From Octopus bimaculoides (lineage: Eukaryota), in NCBI RefSeq assembly GCF_001194135.2, contig NC_068988.1, positions 27,011,346 to 27,056,183 on the forward strand: DNA of 44,838 bases. The letters run 5' to 3'. Positions within the stretch are counted from its first letter, which is position 1. Every line of letters begins with the position of its first letter. Positions 1 to 12,650 of the stretch are shown here, in pieces. The position numbers and the translations under genes were made by a program. The notes below the pieces were generated by a model that ran no database searches, was not told the DNA's origin, and saw nothing but the letters and a program-made list of their open reading frames with translations.

Positions 1-221
1 AGATGAATTAGTTATTTAAGTTGAGGCACCAGAATTTAGTACGGTATTATCCATACAGTTTCAAAATAAGGTGATTAAAATCAAACGAAGCAACAGGATA
101 TCCAGAGGTGATGCAGTACGATCGTTTCAAGCGACTCCATTTAATTGAATAATCCAATCATTACATCAATTTAAATGCAGAGCAATCCTCAGCTGCATAA
201 ATACATAGAATTAAATTAAAT

Positions 222-263
<42 letters not shown>

Positions 264-1226
264 TGAATGTGTGTTTGAGTGTGCGTGAAAGAGAGAATAT
301 GTGAGAGCCATGGAAACTACTACTGTATATTACAGCTATTATAGCTATGATGTCTATGATGTGGGCAAGATTTCAACCCAGAATAGCGAGGCCCGAAACT
401 AGAGTCGAACACTCCCTCAAGCATCACTTCTGTAATGACAACAATAAGATTATATCCAAAAGCGAGAGACTGTGTTTGGTTTGATTAATCTAGAATCTAA
501 CCTATCTAATCTAGTTTGTGTAATTTGGCGTACAAATTATCATTCGGTAAATATAATTGAACAATCCCACAGTAATTAGGAATGAGTTAAAAGCAATCAT
601 GTAAATATTAATAATGATATAATTTAATTTCACTGTGATTATGTCAAACTTGCAAGTTTGAATTAATGAATTTTTCGATCATTCTTGATCTCATTAGGAT
701 TCGATTATTTACGAAAGATACCCAATATATTGTGAAAGTACACTAAGTCGATAAAACAAATGAGTCGATAAATTTATCACATTTGAAGCGTAAAAAGACA
801 TAGCAAGCATCCTAGTTTTCTAAAGTACGTGTATTTCTGATGACACCCATTTTATTGAAAAAGACTTATATCGACAATAGACATAAAGCCGTTATTTTCA
901 CGGTTATCAGCGAGAAACGATGATTTGCATATTTAGTCTTAATATGTTTCGGCAGATTTGAATACAAATATGCTAATGGCTGTTGTGTTCGTCACATAAA
1001 AACTACTTCTTATTTACGGCGACAATGTGTACATAACACATTCGATTCATTAATGAAAGGGATTTTTAGACCGGTGTTTCAACAAGTTGTACCTCCTTAG
1101 ACAGAAGTACCCGGACTAACGAATCTAATGAATCGTTGAATTTTAAAAGAATATGTGCATTCTTGATAAATTTACTGTCATGAATTGCGTGGCAATTTAT
1201 GGCAGTAAATATTATTATTTGTGACA

Positions 1227-1440
1227 GGGTGGCATACTTGAAGATGGTTAGCGAGTGGGGTAAAATACTTAGAGGCGTTTCGTCCGTCTTTATGTTCTAA
1301 GCTCAAATTCCACTGTGGTTGACTTTGTCTTTCATCCTTACGGGGTCGATAAAATAAGTACCAGTTGAGCACTGGGGACATGTAATCGACGTAACCCTTT
1401 ACCCGAAATTCCAGGCCTTGTACCTATAGTAGAAAGGAAT
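1227..1440 (+). mobile_element. SINE family A (octopus OK-like, tRNA-derived)
   Basis: Matches other window copies: B-box-like CTCAAATTCC, GACTTTGTCTTTCATCCT, GGGGTCGATAAAATAAGTACCAGTTG, and a GGCCTTGTACCTATAGTAGAAAGG tail. Confidence 0.8.
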
Positions 1441-1457
1441 GTTATCATTGGTTACTG

Positions 1458-1666
1458 GGCGGCGGGCTAGCAGGATCGTTAGCGCATAGGGTAAAATGCT
1501 TAGCGACATTGCGTTCGCCCTTACTTTCTGATTTCAAATCCGGACGAGGTTGGCTTTACCTTGCATCCTTCCAGAGTCGATAAAATAAGTACCAGCTGAG
1601 CACTTGGGACGAGATAATAGATTTATCCCCACCTCCCGGAATTACACCCTTGTGCCAAAATTTGAA
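1458..1666 (+). mobile_element. SINE family A
   Basis: GGCGGCGGGCTAGCAGGATCGTTAGC head, TTCAAATCC B-box, GTCGATAAAATAAGTACCAG core and CTTGTGCCAAAATTTGAA tail. Confidence 0.85.
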
Positions 1667-1697
1667 TTTAATGTTATTAATGGTTGCAGAACAGTGT

Positions 1698-1750
1698 GTC
1701 AGTAGAATCGTTTGCGCGTTGGGGAAAATGCTTCGTGACATTTCTTCCGA
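1698..1750 (+). mobile_element. SINE family A, isolated head fragment
   Basis: AGTAGAATCGTTTGCGCGTTGGGGAAAATGCTTCGTGACATTTC resembles the 5' end of the neighbouring copies. Confidence 0.55.
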
Positions 1751-1759
1751 TTTTTTTAA

Positions 1760-1965
1760 GGCAGCGAGCTGGTAGAATCGTTAGCAAACCGGGCAAAATG
1801 CTTAGCGGCATTTCTTCACGTTCTGAGTTTAAATTGTGCCGAGGTCGACTTTGCCTTTCATCCTTTCGAAGCTGATAAAATAAGTACCAGTTGAACACTG
1901 GGGTCGATATAATCGACCAACCCCATTCCACGAAATTTCTGGCCACGTACAAAAATTTTGAAACC
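1760..1965 (+). mobile_element. SINE family A
   Basis: GGCAGCGAGCTGGTAGAATCGTTAGC...GAGGTCGACTTTGCCTTTCATCCTTTCG...AAAATTTTGAAACC. Confidence 0.9.
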
Positions 1966-2024
1966 AATATTACGTGATAGAGACGTTTGGCGCCCTTAAA
2001 TACGCATTTGAAGATTATAGTTGC

Positions 2025-2082
<58 letters not shown>
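2025..2082. repeat. (TAG)n microsatellite
   Basis: About 19 uninterrupted units. Confidence 0.99.
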
Positions 2083-2083
<1 letters not shown>

Positions 2084-2427
2084 ATGGTCCATTGAATATA
2101 TATATTTTATAACATAAGATACTGACAACGCTGGTGTTGGTAGTGCAAGTGTCAGGTATAAGAGGCCTGTAGATAACTCTCGAACGTGCAGAGGCGGGAT
2201 GTTTTGCTCTTATTTTACTCTATAAAAGCTGAAATAGACTATTATTCAATAGAAGAAGCTTACACCGACATTATCTATTGTTGGAGAATATTTCTCACTC
2301 AAAACCATCTGTTAAATTGCTTGGGGTTTTGTAAAAGTGATATCTGATACGCATTATTATTAGTGAATGAAAGTGGAGCAATGGAAAAACGTAAAGTTTA
2401 CACAACCTATCAGAGATCATAAGATAC

Positions 2428-2445
2428 GTGTGTGTTTGTGTGTGT

Positions 2446-2535
<90 letters not shown>
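2428..2535. repeat. (GT)n microsatellite
   Basis: Direct reading; it is the source of the VC/TH pseudo-ORFs. Confidence 0.99.
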
Positions 2536-2538
<3 letters not shown>

Positions 2539-3531
2539 CATAGACATGGATGCATACACACACACGCATACTTATATCTATATATATATAAATACTTTTG
2601 TCTATATTCGTTCTTGTTTTTCTTCCACTGCTCTTTCACAAGCTCGGTGATATTCACATATGGCCCCTTTCTTTTTCATCACTTAGCTGTTTGCTTGCCT
2701 TGCATACAATCTGTCTGATTCACTTTCTCAACATAAATGTGCAGGTGTGTATATGTGTGCGTATAGCTATATGTGTGTGAGTCTATTTGTATGTTTGTAT
2801 GTATGTATATGCATACCATATATGTATATATNNNNNNNNNNNNNNNNNNNNNNNNNNNNNNNNNNNNNNNNNNNNNNNNNNNNNNNNNNNNNNNNNNNNN
2901 NNNNNNNNNNNNNNNNNNNNNNNNNNNNNNNNNNNNNNNNNNNNNNNNNNNNNNNNNNNNNNNNNNNNNNNNNNNNNNNNNNNNNNNNNNNNNNNNNNNN
3001 NNNNNNNNNNNNNNNNNNNNNNNNNNNNNNNNNNNNNNNNNNNNNNNNNNNNNNNNNNNNNNNNNNNNNNNNNNNNNNNNNNNNNNNNNNNNNNNNNNNN
3101 NNNNNNNNNNNNNNNNNNNNNNNNNNNNNNNNNNNNNNNNNNNNNNNNNNNNNNNNNNNNNNNNNNNNNNNNNNNNNNNNNNNNNNNNNNNNNNNNNNNN
3201 NNNNNNNNNNNNNNNNNNNNNNNNNNNNNNNATATATATAAATATATATATATATATATATTTGTATGTATGTATATATGCATATCATTATAGATAGTTA
3301 TATCTGTTTGTATGCATGTATGCATAAACATGTATATGTACGCATACATATATAACCAGGAATATTTGTGTGTATAAACGAATATAGTTAGATGTATAAA
3401 TACCTGTATGTGTGTGTGTGTGTATGCACCTGATTTATACTTTCCATACCAACTTATATATGCATTCAATTCTACACAAACATACGTTTTGACATAGGTG
3501 CAGTTGTAAACACATACACACGCGCACATAT

Positions 3532-3572
<41 letters not shown>

Positions 3573-3753
3573 CTGTGCTTTCTCCACCAATTTAGCTATA
3601 TTTTTTTGCTTTTCGAAAATTGAATGGAAAGCAATATATTCAGTAAAATATATCGCACACATATCACAAAAAAAAGTCTAAACGTACGGACACATATAGA
3701 CTTACAACTTACAAGCACACACACTCAAATACACACTACAGACGTCTGAAAGA

Positions 3754-4012
<259 letters not shown>

Positions 4013-4622
4013 TGCATGATCATTTGAGCGGGGTCTTGGGCAGCTCTGCTCTTCAGCGTACTCACAGTCACCTCACGCGAATCACCAGTGCATCGTTTTT
4101 CAGCTAGCAGCTCATGTAAAGCTATACTGTTAAGGAGCGCGTCTCGCAGATAATGATACGGCTTTTAGACTGCTCATGATTAATAAGAAGTCGCACACCA
4201 ATAGTGTAAGTATACAACAGAATTCAGGACTGTGTGTATCCTACGTCGATGCTTTATAACAAAGAGAATAAAGTTCGCTTCAAATAATAAACTTTTTCTT
4301 CCTTCTTTGGGTTAAGTAGTTTCAGACTGTCCTCCTATCAGCTTTCATATTTTCGATATTCTTTAGGGTCGTCCGGGTGTCAATGAATGCTTGCGACTTC
4401 ATGTGTACCTAAGCTAAAAGGGAAGGTAGAGACCACAGCCCAGTGATGTCATTCAAACCCAGCAGTGAGTTTTTGCGCATATTGTCTTTTGGGAGAATTT
4501 TCTCCCGTGACAGTTTCCGCGGTGAAGGACTTTTCACGTTTGAGAGTGCACGAACGTATTAAATATAACCGACGCCGCTTCGTCACCTATTGCAACCGAC
4601 GCCGCTTCGTCACCTTTATTTA

Positions 4623-4652
4623 ATACATACATACATACATACATACATACAT

Positions 4653-4683
<31 letters not shown>

Positions 4684-4712
4684 AACATACATACATACAT
4701 ATATACATACAT
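4623..4712. repeat. (TACA)n/(CA)n microsatellite
   Basis: Direct reading. Confidence 0.95.
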
Positions 4713-4716
4713 ATTT

Positions 4717-4858
4717 TCAACTGGCACTTATTTTCTTGACCCCAAATGGGATGAAAGACAAAGTTGACCTCTGCGGAATTTGAACTAGAAACGTAAAGGC
4801 AGACGAAATGCCGCTATGCAATTTTCCCAGCGTGCTGACCATTCTGCCAGCTCGCCGC
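4717..4858 (-). mobile_element. SINE family A, 3'-truncated
   Basis: Reverse complement of head and core: GGATGAAAGACAAAGTTGACC..GGAATTTGAAC..TTCTGCCAGCTCGCCGC. Confidence 0.85.
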
Positions 4859-6100
4859 TTTCACATACATACATATTCTTACGTAGACATATGTGAACGA
4901 ACATATGTGTGGATCAGTACTTGCATGTGTAAGCGTGCACAGATACAAATATCTGTGGATGGATTGTTTGTATAGTCTCAGGCAATCTAGAAGAGGCCAA
5001 CAAAGAGATAAGATATCTCCCATATAGATTATTATGGTGATTCAATTCAATAATGCCATACAAAGATCTATACCAACTTGTTTCACGCTGTAGAAAATGT
5101 TAATTTATTTTCACTAGTCACCATCTTCTTTTCTGGTCACCTCATTGAACATTTCACAATATTACAAAATATTATAGTAATATATATATATATATTTTTT
5201 ATATATATATATAAAATTTAAATCTACTTTCATTACCAAGTTCTCTTCCTGGTAGAATAACATGCCTTTGTGTATATTTCCAGAAAAAATATATAAATCG
5301 ACGTTGTTGCTTTGGTTTAGATACTTATTACAGTCTTTCTGAATGGTCTTTTTTTATAGTCATATTCTTTTTATTCCAAAACAGAATTATCAGCCTCGTT
5401 ATGTATTTGTACATGATAGGATTTATCGTTGGAAAAACACATAAAGGGGACATTCTACAATTTTATAATCAGTGTAGAAGTTATTATTATGAGTAGACGG
5501 AATAATAAAATCAAGAGATAGTTTTTTGAAATGTTGTGGAGAGTCTCTTGATATTTGTATATTACAAAGTATAAGCTTAATGTTATTTTACATAGTCACA
5601 GATTATATCAAATCAAGCAATTCTTTCTCTCACATAGTCTCTTTGTATCTTACTTAACCGCTCTTTTCTCTCATCCCATTTTCTCTCTCTTTCACTCGCT
5701 CTCTCTCTCACTCTCACTCTCTCTCTCTTTCTCTCTATGTATATNNNNNNNNNNNNNNNNNNNNNNNNNNNNNNNNNNNNNNNNNNNNNNNNNNNNNNNN
5801 ATATATATATATATATATATATAGCAATCAGATTAAAACTTGGTGACAATGTTGTTACGTAACTTGTTACATAAAAAAATTGCGATCGTTTCGATAGTCA
5901 CAGGAACCGTTTCATTATTATACATTGGTTTGTATACATGATTAAATAATTAATTAATGAAATAGTTCGCCTTCAACCGTTCTCGTTAGCCCCTACAGTT
6001 ATTATGGTAATGATGGTAGACTTTCAAAGTTTCCAGCAAACGCATGTAATGGCAAAGGGGTGTTGTATAGCATGAGAGTCATAGGCATCAAGAATTCTCC

Positions 6101-6229
6101 ATCCAGATGAATCACAACAAGACTTTGGTCGGCCCGAGGATATAGAAGACATATGCCCTAGGTGCCTCGTACAGGAACTGAACCCAGAGGCATACGGCTG
6201 GGAAACAAACTTCTTACCATACAGCCATA
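6101..6229 (-). mobile_element. SINE family B head fragment
   Basis: CAAGACTTTGGTCGGCCCGAGGATATAGAAGAC..GCCCTAGGTGCC..ACTGAACCC..CTTCTTACCATACAGCC. Confidence 0.75.
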
Positions 6230-6470
6230 TATATCTTTTCGATCTCGATATATATATCTCAATTGTTTGATCAACTTAACTATTTACACATTGAAATATA
6301 GAAGAAATGGCTGAATAATCCACAGGTATTATTAATCGTAAAGTGATTCTCAGTCAGAGACGTCACGTGATACTATGAGCAACAAGTTTGGCACAGTCAA
6401 TCACGTGACTTACAGGTACAGTTAATTGCACGATCTCATATTCAGTTTCTGTCAACCTAGATTCATTTTA

Positions 6471-6570
6471 AAGGCTTATGTCGAAGAGACCCGATGGTTG
6501 AAGACACATTTATTAAAGGTGATATGCTGTGGGATCGAACCTGGAATCTCATATTTTGCGAAGTAAAAGT
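6471..6570 (-). mobile_element. SINE family B head, highly degenerate
   Basis: AAGGCTT..GAAGACACAT..AAGGTG..GTGGGATCGAACCTGGAATC resembles the family B head. Confidence 0.45.
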
Positions 6571-8323
6571 CTTAGTTTTTATCATACCAGTAAACAGGCG
6601 TAAATGCATATGTACGAAACATCAGGCGAGCCTCAACATTCTTGGCCGACCTACTAAACACAGGAGTCAAATCCCATGCTCCATAACTTTAAAAAGAGGG
6701 ACGATAAAGATTTTCCTGGTAGGGTGGTCACGTATGATGTGTGGAACGCTTTTGATATTTTATTTTGACTCGATCAAGAATTATCTGGGGTTACAAAAAA
6801 ATCAACAATCTGAAAATAAACACACATAGGCTGAGTGAAATATATGAGCATATATATGCTTTTAACGACTACAGTTTAAAATCTGAAAACAGTAATCGCT
6901 GTGCTTAATACCCCTTGATATTTTAATGTTAATTAATATTCAAGTAGCAGAGACACTGGAGTGCCGCACCAGATGGATTTCACTATATAGTTAAGTGACC
7001 TTCTAGATTATAAAGGTCTTTAATTCAAGAGCACTTCAGCTAAATTACACATTTTCCCTATACGTGACAATACGATAAAGTCAATTCATCTCATTCGATG
7101 TATTTGATGAATCATACATCTTCTTTGCAAATGCATGCGCCTTGTGCCAACGTAAGTTATCAGTATACGATTTCGTGTAAAACAATACTGAGACATCATA
7201 CATAGATTTATGTTGCTTTTGTTATGAAATGAATATTCAGAAATTTAATAACCTGTACACACAAGCATATACTGAAGCACACACACACACACACACACAC
7301 ACTGATAAACGTTATCGTGCTTCACTGCAGGTGAGGGTGCGGGGTATGAGAATGAATATGTTATCAACAGCTTGTAAAGAAAGAGCAGAAACAAACCATG
7401 TCTCCGAATTCTTGGGTTCTTTTATTTTTCATATTTGATAAAAGGAATCTCTCCCGAAAGATTATTAAATAGTATTTATAATGAAATAGAATATGTTCTT
7501 CTTTGTGTTTGTTTTTATTTACTGACATCACCTTTCATATTTTGCCCACCTCCTCACCTGCATTGCATGAAGGCTTTTGAAACCATTTATATCACTTACA
7601 TATTGCATGCTTCAAATATCCTGTTTTAAACACATATATATATCTAAATATTCGTTTATATATTCGTTGTATTGTAGAAAATTCAAAATGGCTGATCGTT
7701 AGTAAGGAAAGACACACGAATAAGAAAGAAGAAAGCAAAGGACCACTGATGAGGTCACAGAAGTGTGATGAAAGAACTCTGGGCGAAATACGATTAATGT
7801 AAAAAATAAAATAAATCTGAAGCAAATTAACACCAAATATATAGTGCGTGTGTTTTTATTGGCTAAACTGGAAACATGACCATCCCCAAATAGAATTATA
7901 TATATATANNNNNNNNNNNNNNNNNNNNNNNNNNNNNNNNNNNNNNNNNNNNNNNNNNNNNNNNNNNNNNNNNNNNNNNNNNNNNNNNNNNNNNNNNNNN
8001 NNNNNNNNNNNNNNNNNNNNNNNNNNNNNNNNNNNATATATATGTTGACGTCATGAAAATTTCTAAACTTTCGAGAGATCGTGAAATATTTCTTTTGGGG
8101 GGAGGCTAGCCTTTTGCTTATTTAAGCAACCAATATTAATTTGTCTTGTACCGTACAGAATCTGTGGTTGCTACCGTAAAATTATTCTTCATGTATAATG
8201 AACGCTGGACTTCATTTCGGTTTTCACTCTGTTTTTTCCTGTTTCTTGTTTTGTTTTTTGTTTTTGTTTCGCTTGTTTTTTGATTTTGTTTTGTTTTTGA
8301 CACCAACTTCGACCCCTTCCAAG

Positions 8324-8435
8324 GTCTCCAAGACTGGTGGACGGAAAGAAAGCAGTTATCCTCAGGCGGGAAATCTACTATAAATACATCCAACAGAGTG
8401 ACTCCACTAAAGATATTCCTCTCAATGGCTGAATG
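8324..8435 (+). other. Candidate exon of an unidentified gene
   Basis: A long T-rich tract (8230-8300) precedes CCTTCCAAG|G. One frame is open throughout (GLQDWWTERKQLSSGGKSTINTSNRVTPLKIFLSMAE) up to ATG|GTAATT. A second frame reads SPRLVDGKKAVILRREIYYKYIQQSDSTKDIPLNG* (stop 8430-32). I recognise no homologue. Confidence 0.25.
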
Positions 8436-9885
8436 GTAATTTCGTTAAACTAGATGACCGATTAAATCTACTATCCTCCGATGAGTTTCTATACACTTAC
8501 CCTTTATCAAACTGCATTCATACGCTTTTGATCGAGCAGATGATGCGCAGTGGAACCAAATTCGAAACCACATATTTACAGAGCGCCTTGTTAAAGACAT
8601 TTCATTTTTGGAACAGTGCATCGCGAAGCACATAAGGCTATAAATAAAAGCATGTAAATATTGGGTTGAAAAACCTTGTTTACATAGAAAGAAAAGATGC
8701 TACTAATTATTGCTTTATATGATCTGAGGTTCATTGTCCCAAAAAGTATATATATATCAGTGACGAAGGATGACTTGGAATACACCAGAATCAACAATAC
8801 GACAAACTTGCAAATTGATTTGATACCCATTTCTCGTCTAAATCTATCTAACTATGAGGAAAGGAGAGTCTTTGATCTCTGTCGCACAGAGTACTAAAAA
8901 CAGCGCTTCTCGCCCGTTTATTTGTCTCTTTTTTTTTGACGTTCCTTTCTCGAAGGGAACAATAGAATACGAAGAAACTAATACCATTGCTTTTTCTTTG
9001 CTATGACTGAAAGTAAGCAGAAAAAAATTTGCTTTTCTCTGCCGTTCTATCTCTTGACCTCTCATTAGTTTGTTTTGTCTCTTGTTTTTGAACTGTCGGG
9101 TGACGTCATAACCTCTTTACACTCAACAATCCCGTGGTGGTTCATCTTTTTCACGTTACACATATATCAGTAGCTGTAGGTTTATAACATAATGACATTG
9201 TAACAGACACGTGGAATTAATGAGTGTAGAATACAATTACGTATAGTATAACTAATGAAAGACTTCACGTAATACGAGTGAAATGAGTTTTAGATTGTTT
9301 GGTGTGTCACGACGCCTTTTTTTATATGCTCACTCCTCTCAACTTCAGAACATGGTTACGCCTCTGCAAAGACTGAAAGCAAGCAGGAAAAAATCTTTTT
9401 TCTGCCTTTCTCTCTTTTGACCGCCCACTCTTTTGTTTTTCTTTTCTTTTTGTTTTCTTGTTTGTTTCTTTTTTCATTCTCGCTCCCTTTTCAATAAGAA
9501 GAGGAAAGTAATCAATTCACTGCGCCTCATTCTTTTCTCGTTAAACAAACCGGAGATTTCTCTGCTCAGGCTTGTTTTAGAAAAATATCGATTGTTTACA
9601 ATTTATCCTAAGAAATGAAGGGATGGGAAATACAAAAATATATCACGAGTACAATGAGGATAGTAAAACATAATAATTAATTTTGTATTACACAAAGATT
9701 ATTCATACTAGAAAACTAGTAAGACATACAGTACACGCGTCGCATACATAGGCCCTTCACCCCGAAAACATACGGACATAAAAAAGGTGTCATGGCCAAC
9801 TGGAAACGGTGTCTCCTAGGGCTAAATAGCAGTAGCATTTTTCCCTTTCCTGGGACTGCCACATTAAGTTGGCAACAAACCATCA

Positions 9886-9919
<34 letters not shown>

Positions 9920-11422
9920 NNNNNNNNNNNNNNNNNNNNNNNNNNNNNNNNNNNNNNNNNNNNNNNNNNNNNNNNNNNNNNNNNNNNNNNNNNNNNNNNN
10001 NNNNNNNNNNNNNNNNNNNNNNNNNNNNNNNNNNNNNNNNNNNNNNNNNNNNNNNNNNNNNNNNNNNNNNNNNNNNNNNNNNNNNNNNNNNNNNNNNNNN
10101 NNNNNNNNNNNNNNNNNNNNNNNNNNNNNNNNNNNNNNNNNNNNNNNNNNNNNNNNNNNNNNNNNNNNNNNNNNNNNNNNNNNNNNNNNNNNNNNNNNNN
10201 NNNNNNNNNNNNNNNNNNNNNNNNNNNNNNNNNNNNNNNNNNNNNNNNNNNNNNNNNNNNNNNNNNNNNNNNNNNNNNNNNNNNNNNNNNNNNNNNNNNN
10301 NNNNNNNNNNNNNNNNNNNNNNNNNNNNNNNNNNNNNNNNNNNNNNNNNNNNNNNNNNNNNNNNNNNNNNNNNNNNNNNNNNNNNNNNNNNNNNNNNNNN
10401 NNNNNNNNNNNNNNNNNNNNNNNNNNNNNNNNNNNNNNNNNNNNNNNNNNNNNNNNNNNNNNNNNNNNNNNNNNNNNNNNNNNNNNNNNNNNNNNNNNNN
10501 NNNNNNNNNNNNNNNNNNNNNNNNNNNNNNNNNNNNNNNNNNNNNNNNNNNNNNNNNNNNNNNNNNNNNNNNNNNNNNNNNNNNNNNNNNNNNNNNNNNN
10601 NNNNNNNNNNNNNNNNNNNNTATATATATATATATACATACATACATACATATACATATATATATATATAAATATATATATATATGCATATACATACATA
10701 CATGCATACATACATGCACGCATATACATATACATAGAAAATTCTTTTCTTTTTTTTTAATTAGAAACACTTTTTTCAATACAGCCTCACGTGATAAAGA
10801 GTAGATTGCGAGTTATGTTAAGTTATGTATGATAAACCGGGATTATCTCAACTGATGAATCTAGCGATATCTACACCATTTGCATCACTTAGCACTATAG
10901 CTTCCGTTTTCACCCTGCTGACCTGTACAATGAATCGTGCGAATCGAAAGGATCCGAAATCATGGATTGTAAACCCCGTTTATCACACATAAATTAACAT
11001 GCACATTATATATGTGTGTACATGTATACTATACACATACATATGTATATTACACATATAATATATACACATATAGCATATATATTATGCATCTGTATAT
11101 TATATATTTGTGTTAATGTGTGTATATGTGTATATGCGCGGATGTGTCTTTACACGTATGCGTGTCTAGATTATGATATTAAAATGTAAGGAAAAGATTT
11201 TCCCCCGATAGAGTGCTTGTTCTGTAGAGGAACGAAGGCGTGGTTGTGTAGCTTTCAAAAAGCTCTTTCGCATCAAAATCTGTTGTTCTCCACAATGCAT
11301 TATCCTATTAAGGAAGATTTTATAGCTAAACTCATAAATAGTGGAAATAACGAATAAATAACAAATCAAAAATTATGTATCCATTAAAATCAGTAATTGC
11401 AAGCGGTTGTATTTATTGCCGT

Positions 11423-11473
<51 letters not shown>

Positions 11474-11752
11474 TATACACACAACCATGTAGTTATGCAT
11501 ATATGTATTTGAATGTGCGTGTGAGAAGATGTATACACACACACACAGTGTATATATATAAAATCAAAATTATGTATCCATTTAAAACCAGTAATTGCAA
11601 GCACCTATATTAAATTCGTGTTTATCGTCGCTTACACATAATAGAGTTTGTGTATGGAAATATACAGGTATGTACATATGTGAGCGTGTGTTTTTGTATA
11701 TACGTGTACATGTTTATATACACATATTTATGTATGTGTATATATATAAATG

Positions 11753-11785
<33 letters not shown>

Positions 11786-12650
11786 NNNNNNNNNNNNNNN
11801 NNNNNNNNNNNNNNNNNNNNNNNNNNNNNNNNNNNNNNNNNNNNNNNNNNNNNNNNNNNNNNNNNNNNNNNNNNNNNNNNNNNNNNNNNNNNNNNNNNNN
11901 NNNNNNNNNNNNNNNNNNNNNNNNNNNNNNNNNNNNNNNNNNNNNNNNNNNNNNNNNNNNNNNNNNNNNNNNNNNNNNNNNNNNNNNNNNNNNNNNNNNN
12001 NNNNNNNNNNNNNNNNNNNNNNNNNNNNNNNNNNNNNNNNNNNNNNNNNNNNNNNNNNNNNNNNNNNNNNNNNNNNNNNNNNNNNNNNNNNNNNNNNNNN
12101 NNNNNNNNNNNNNNNNNNNNTATATATATATATATATATACACATATACGCACACATTTAATAATCTCTCTTACTTCTTGTTATGTATCTATATATGCCG
12201 TTAAGTATATACTTTACAACATCTACCAATACATTATGTGTATATATATGCTGGTATAGATGTAGGTAAAGCTAACTTTACATACAAATATGTATATGCA
12301 TCCTGCATTAATATGTGTGTGTATGCGCGTGCGTGTGTGTTTGTGTGGAAGTTATAAATAGACTGTATACAGTGGCTACTGCACAAAACTCAACGCATGT
12401 CTTCCTTCAGTAAACCGCAAACCATTACATATCGTAACTGCAAGTGCTCACCTTGGTCATCAATGAAGGCGAGTAGAGCCACCCTCTATGAAAATCGAAG
12501 ATTTACATAGTCGATGTATTACAAGAAGTTTGTTTCGCAACCACATGATTTCGGGTAAGTCCCACTGTGTGGCACTACTTTTGCCTCGGGCCGACTGAAG
12601 CCTTATGAGTAGATTTGGTAGAAAGAAACTGAATGAATCTCGTCGTATAT

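Noticed and set aside
1-200. Possible interspersed-repeat end before the (TA)n at 224-260
   Set aside because: It is truncated by the window edge and has no second copy or diagnostic motif here.
837-880. CTGATGA...GAAA near 840 (and similar at 10851, 14595 and 27470)
   Set aside because: Core words occur without supporting helices, as expected by chance.
1227-1965. CRISPR-like or tRNA-gene interpretation of the recurring ~30-bp motifs
   Set aside because: The repeats are internal parts of 200-bp SINEs. There is no regular spacer period and no cloverleaf, and the DNA is eukaryotic.
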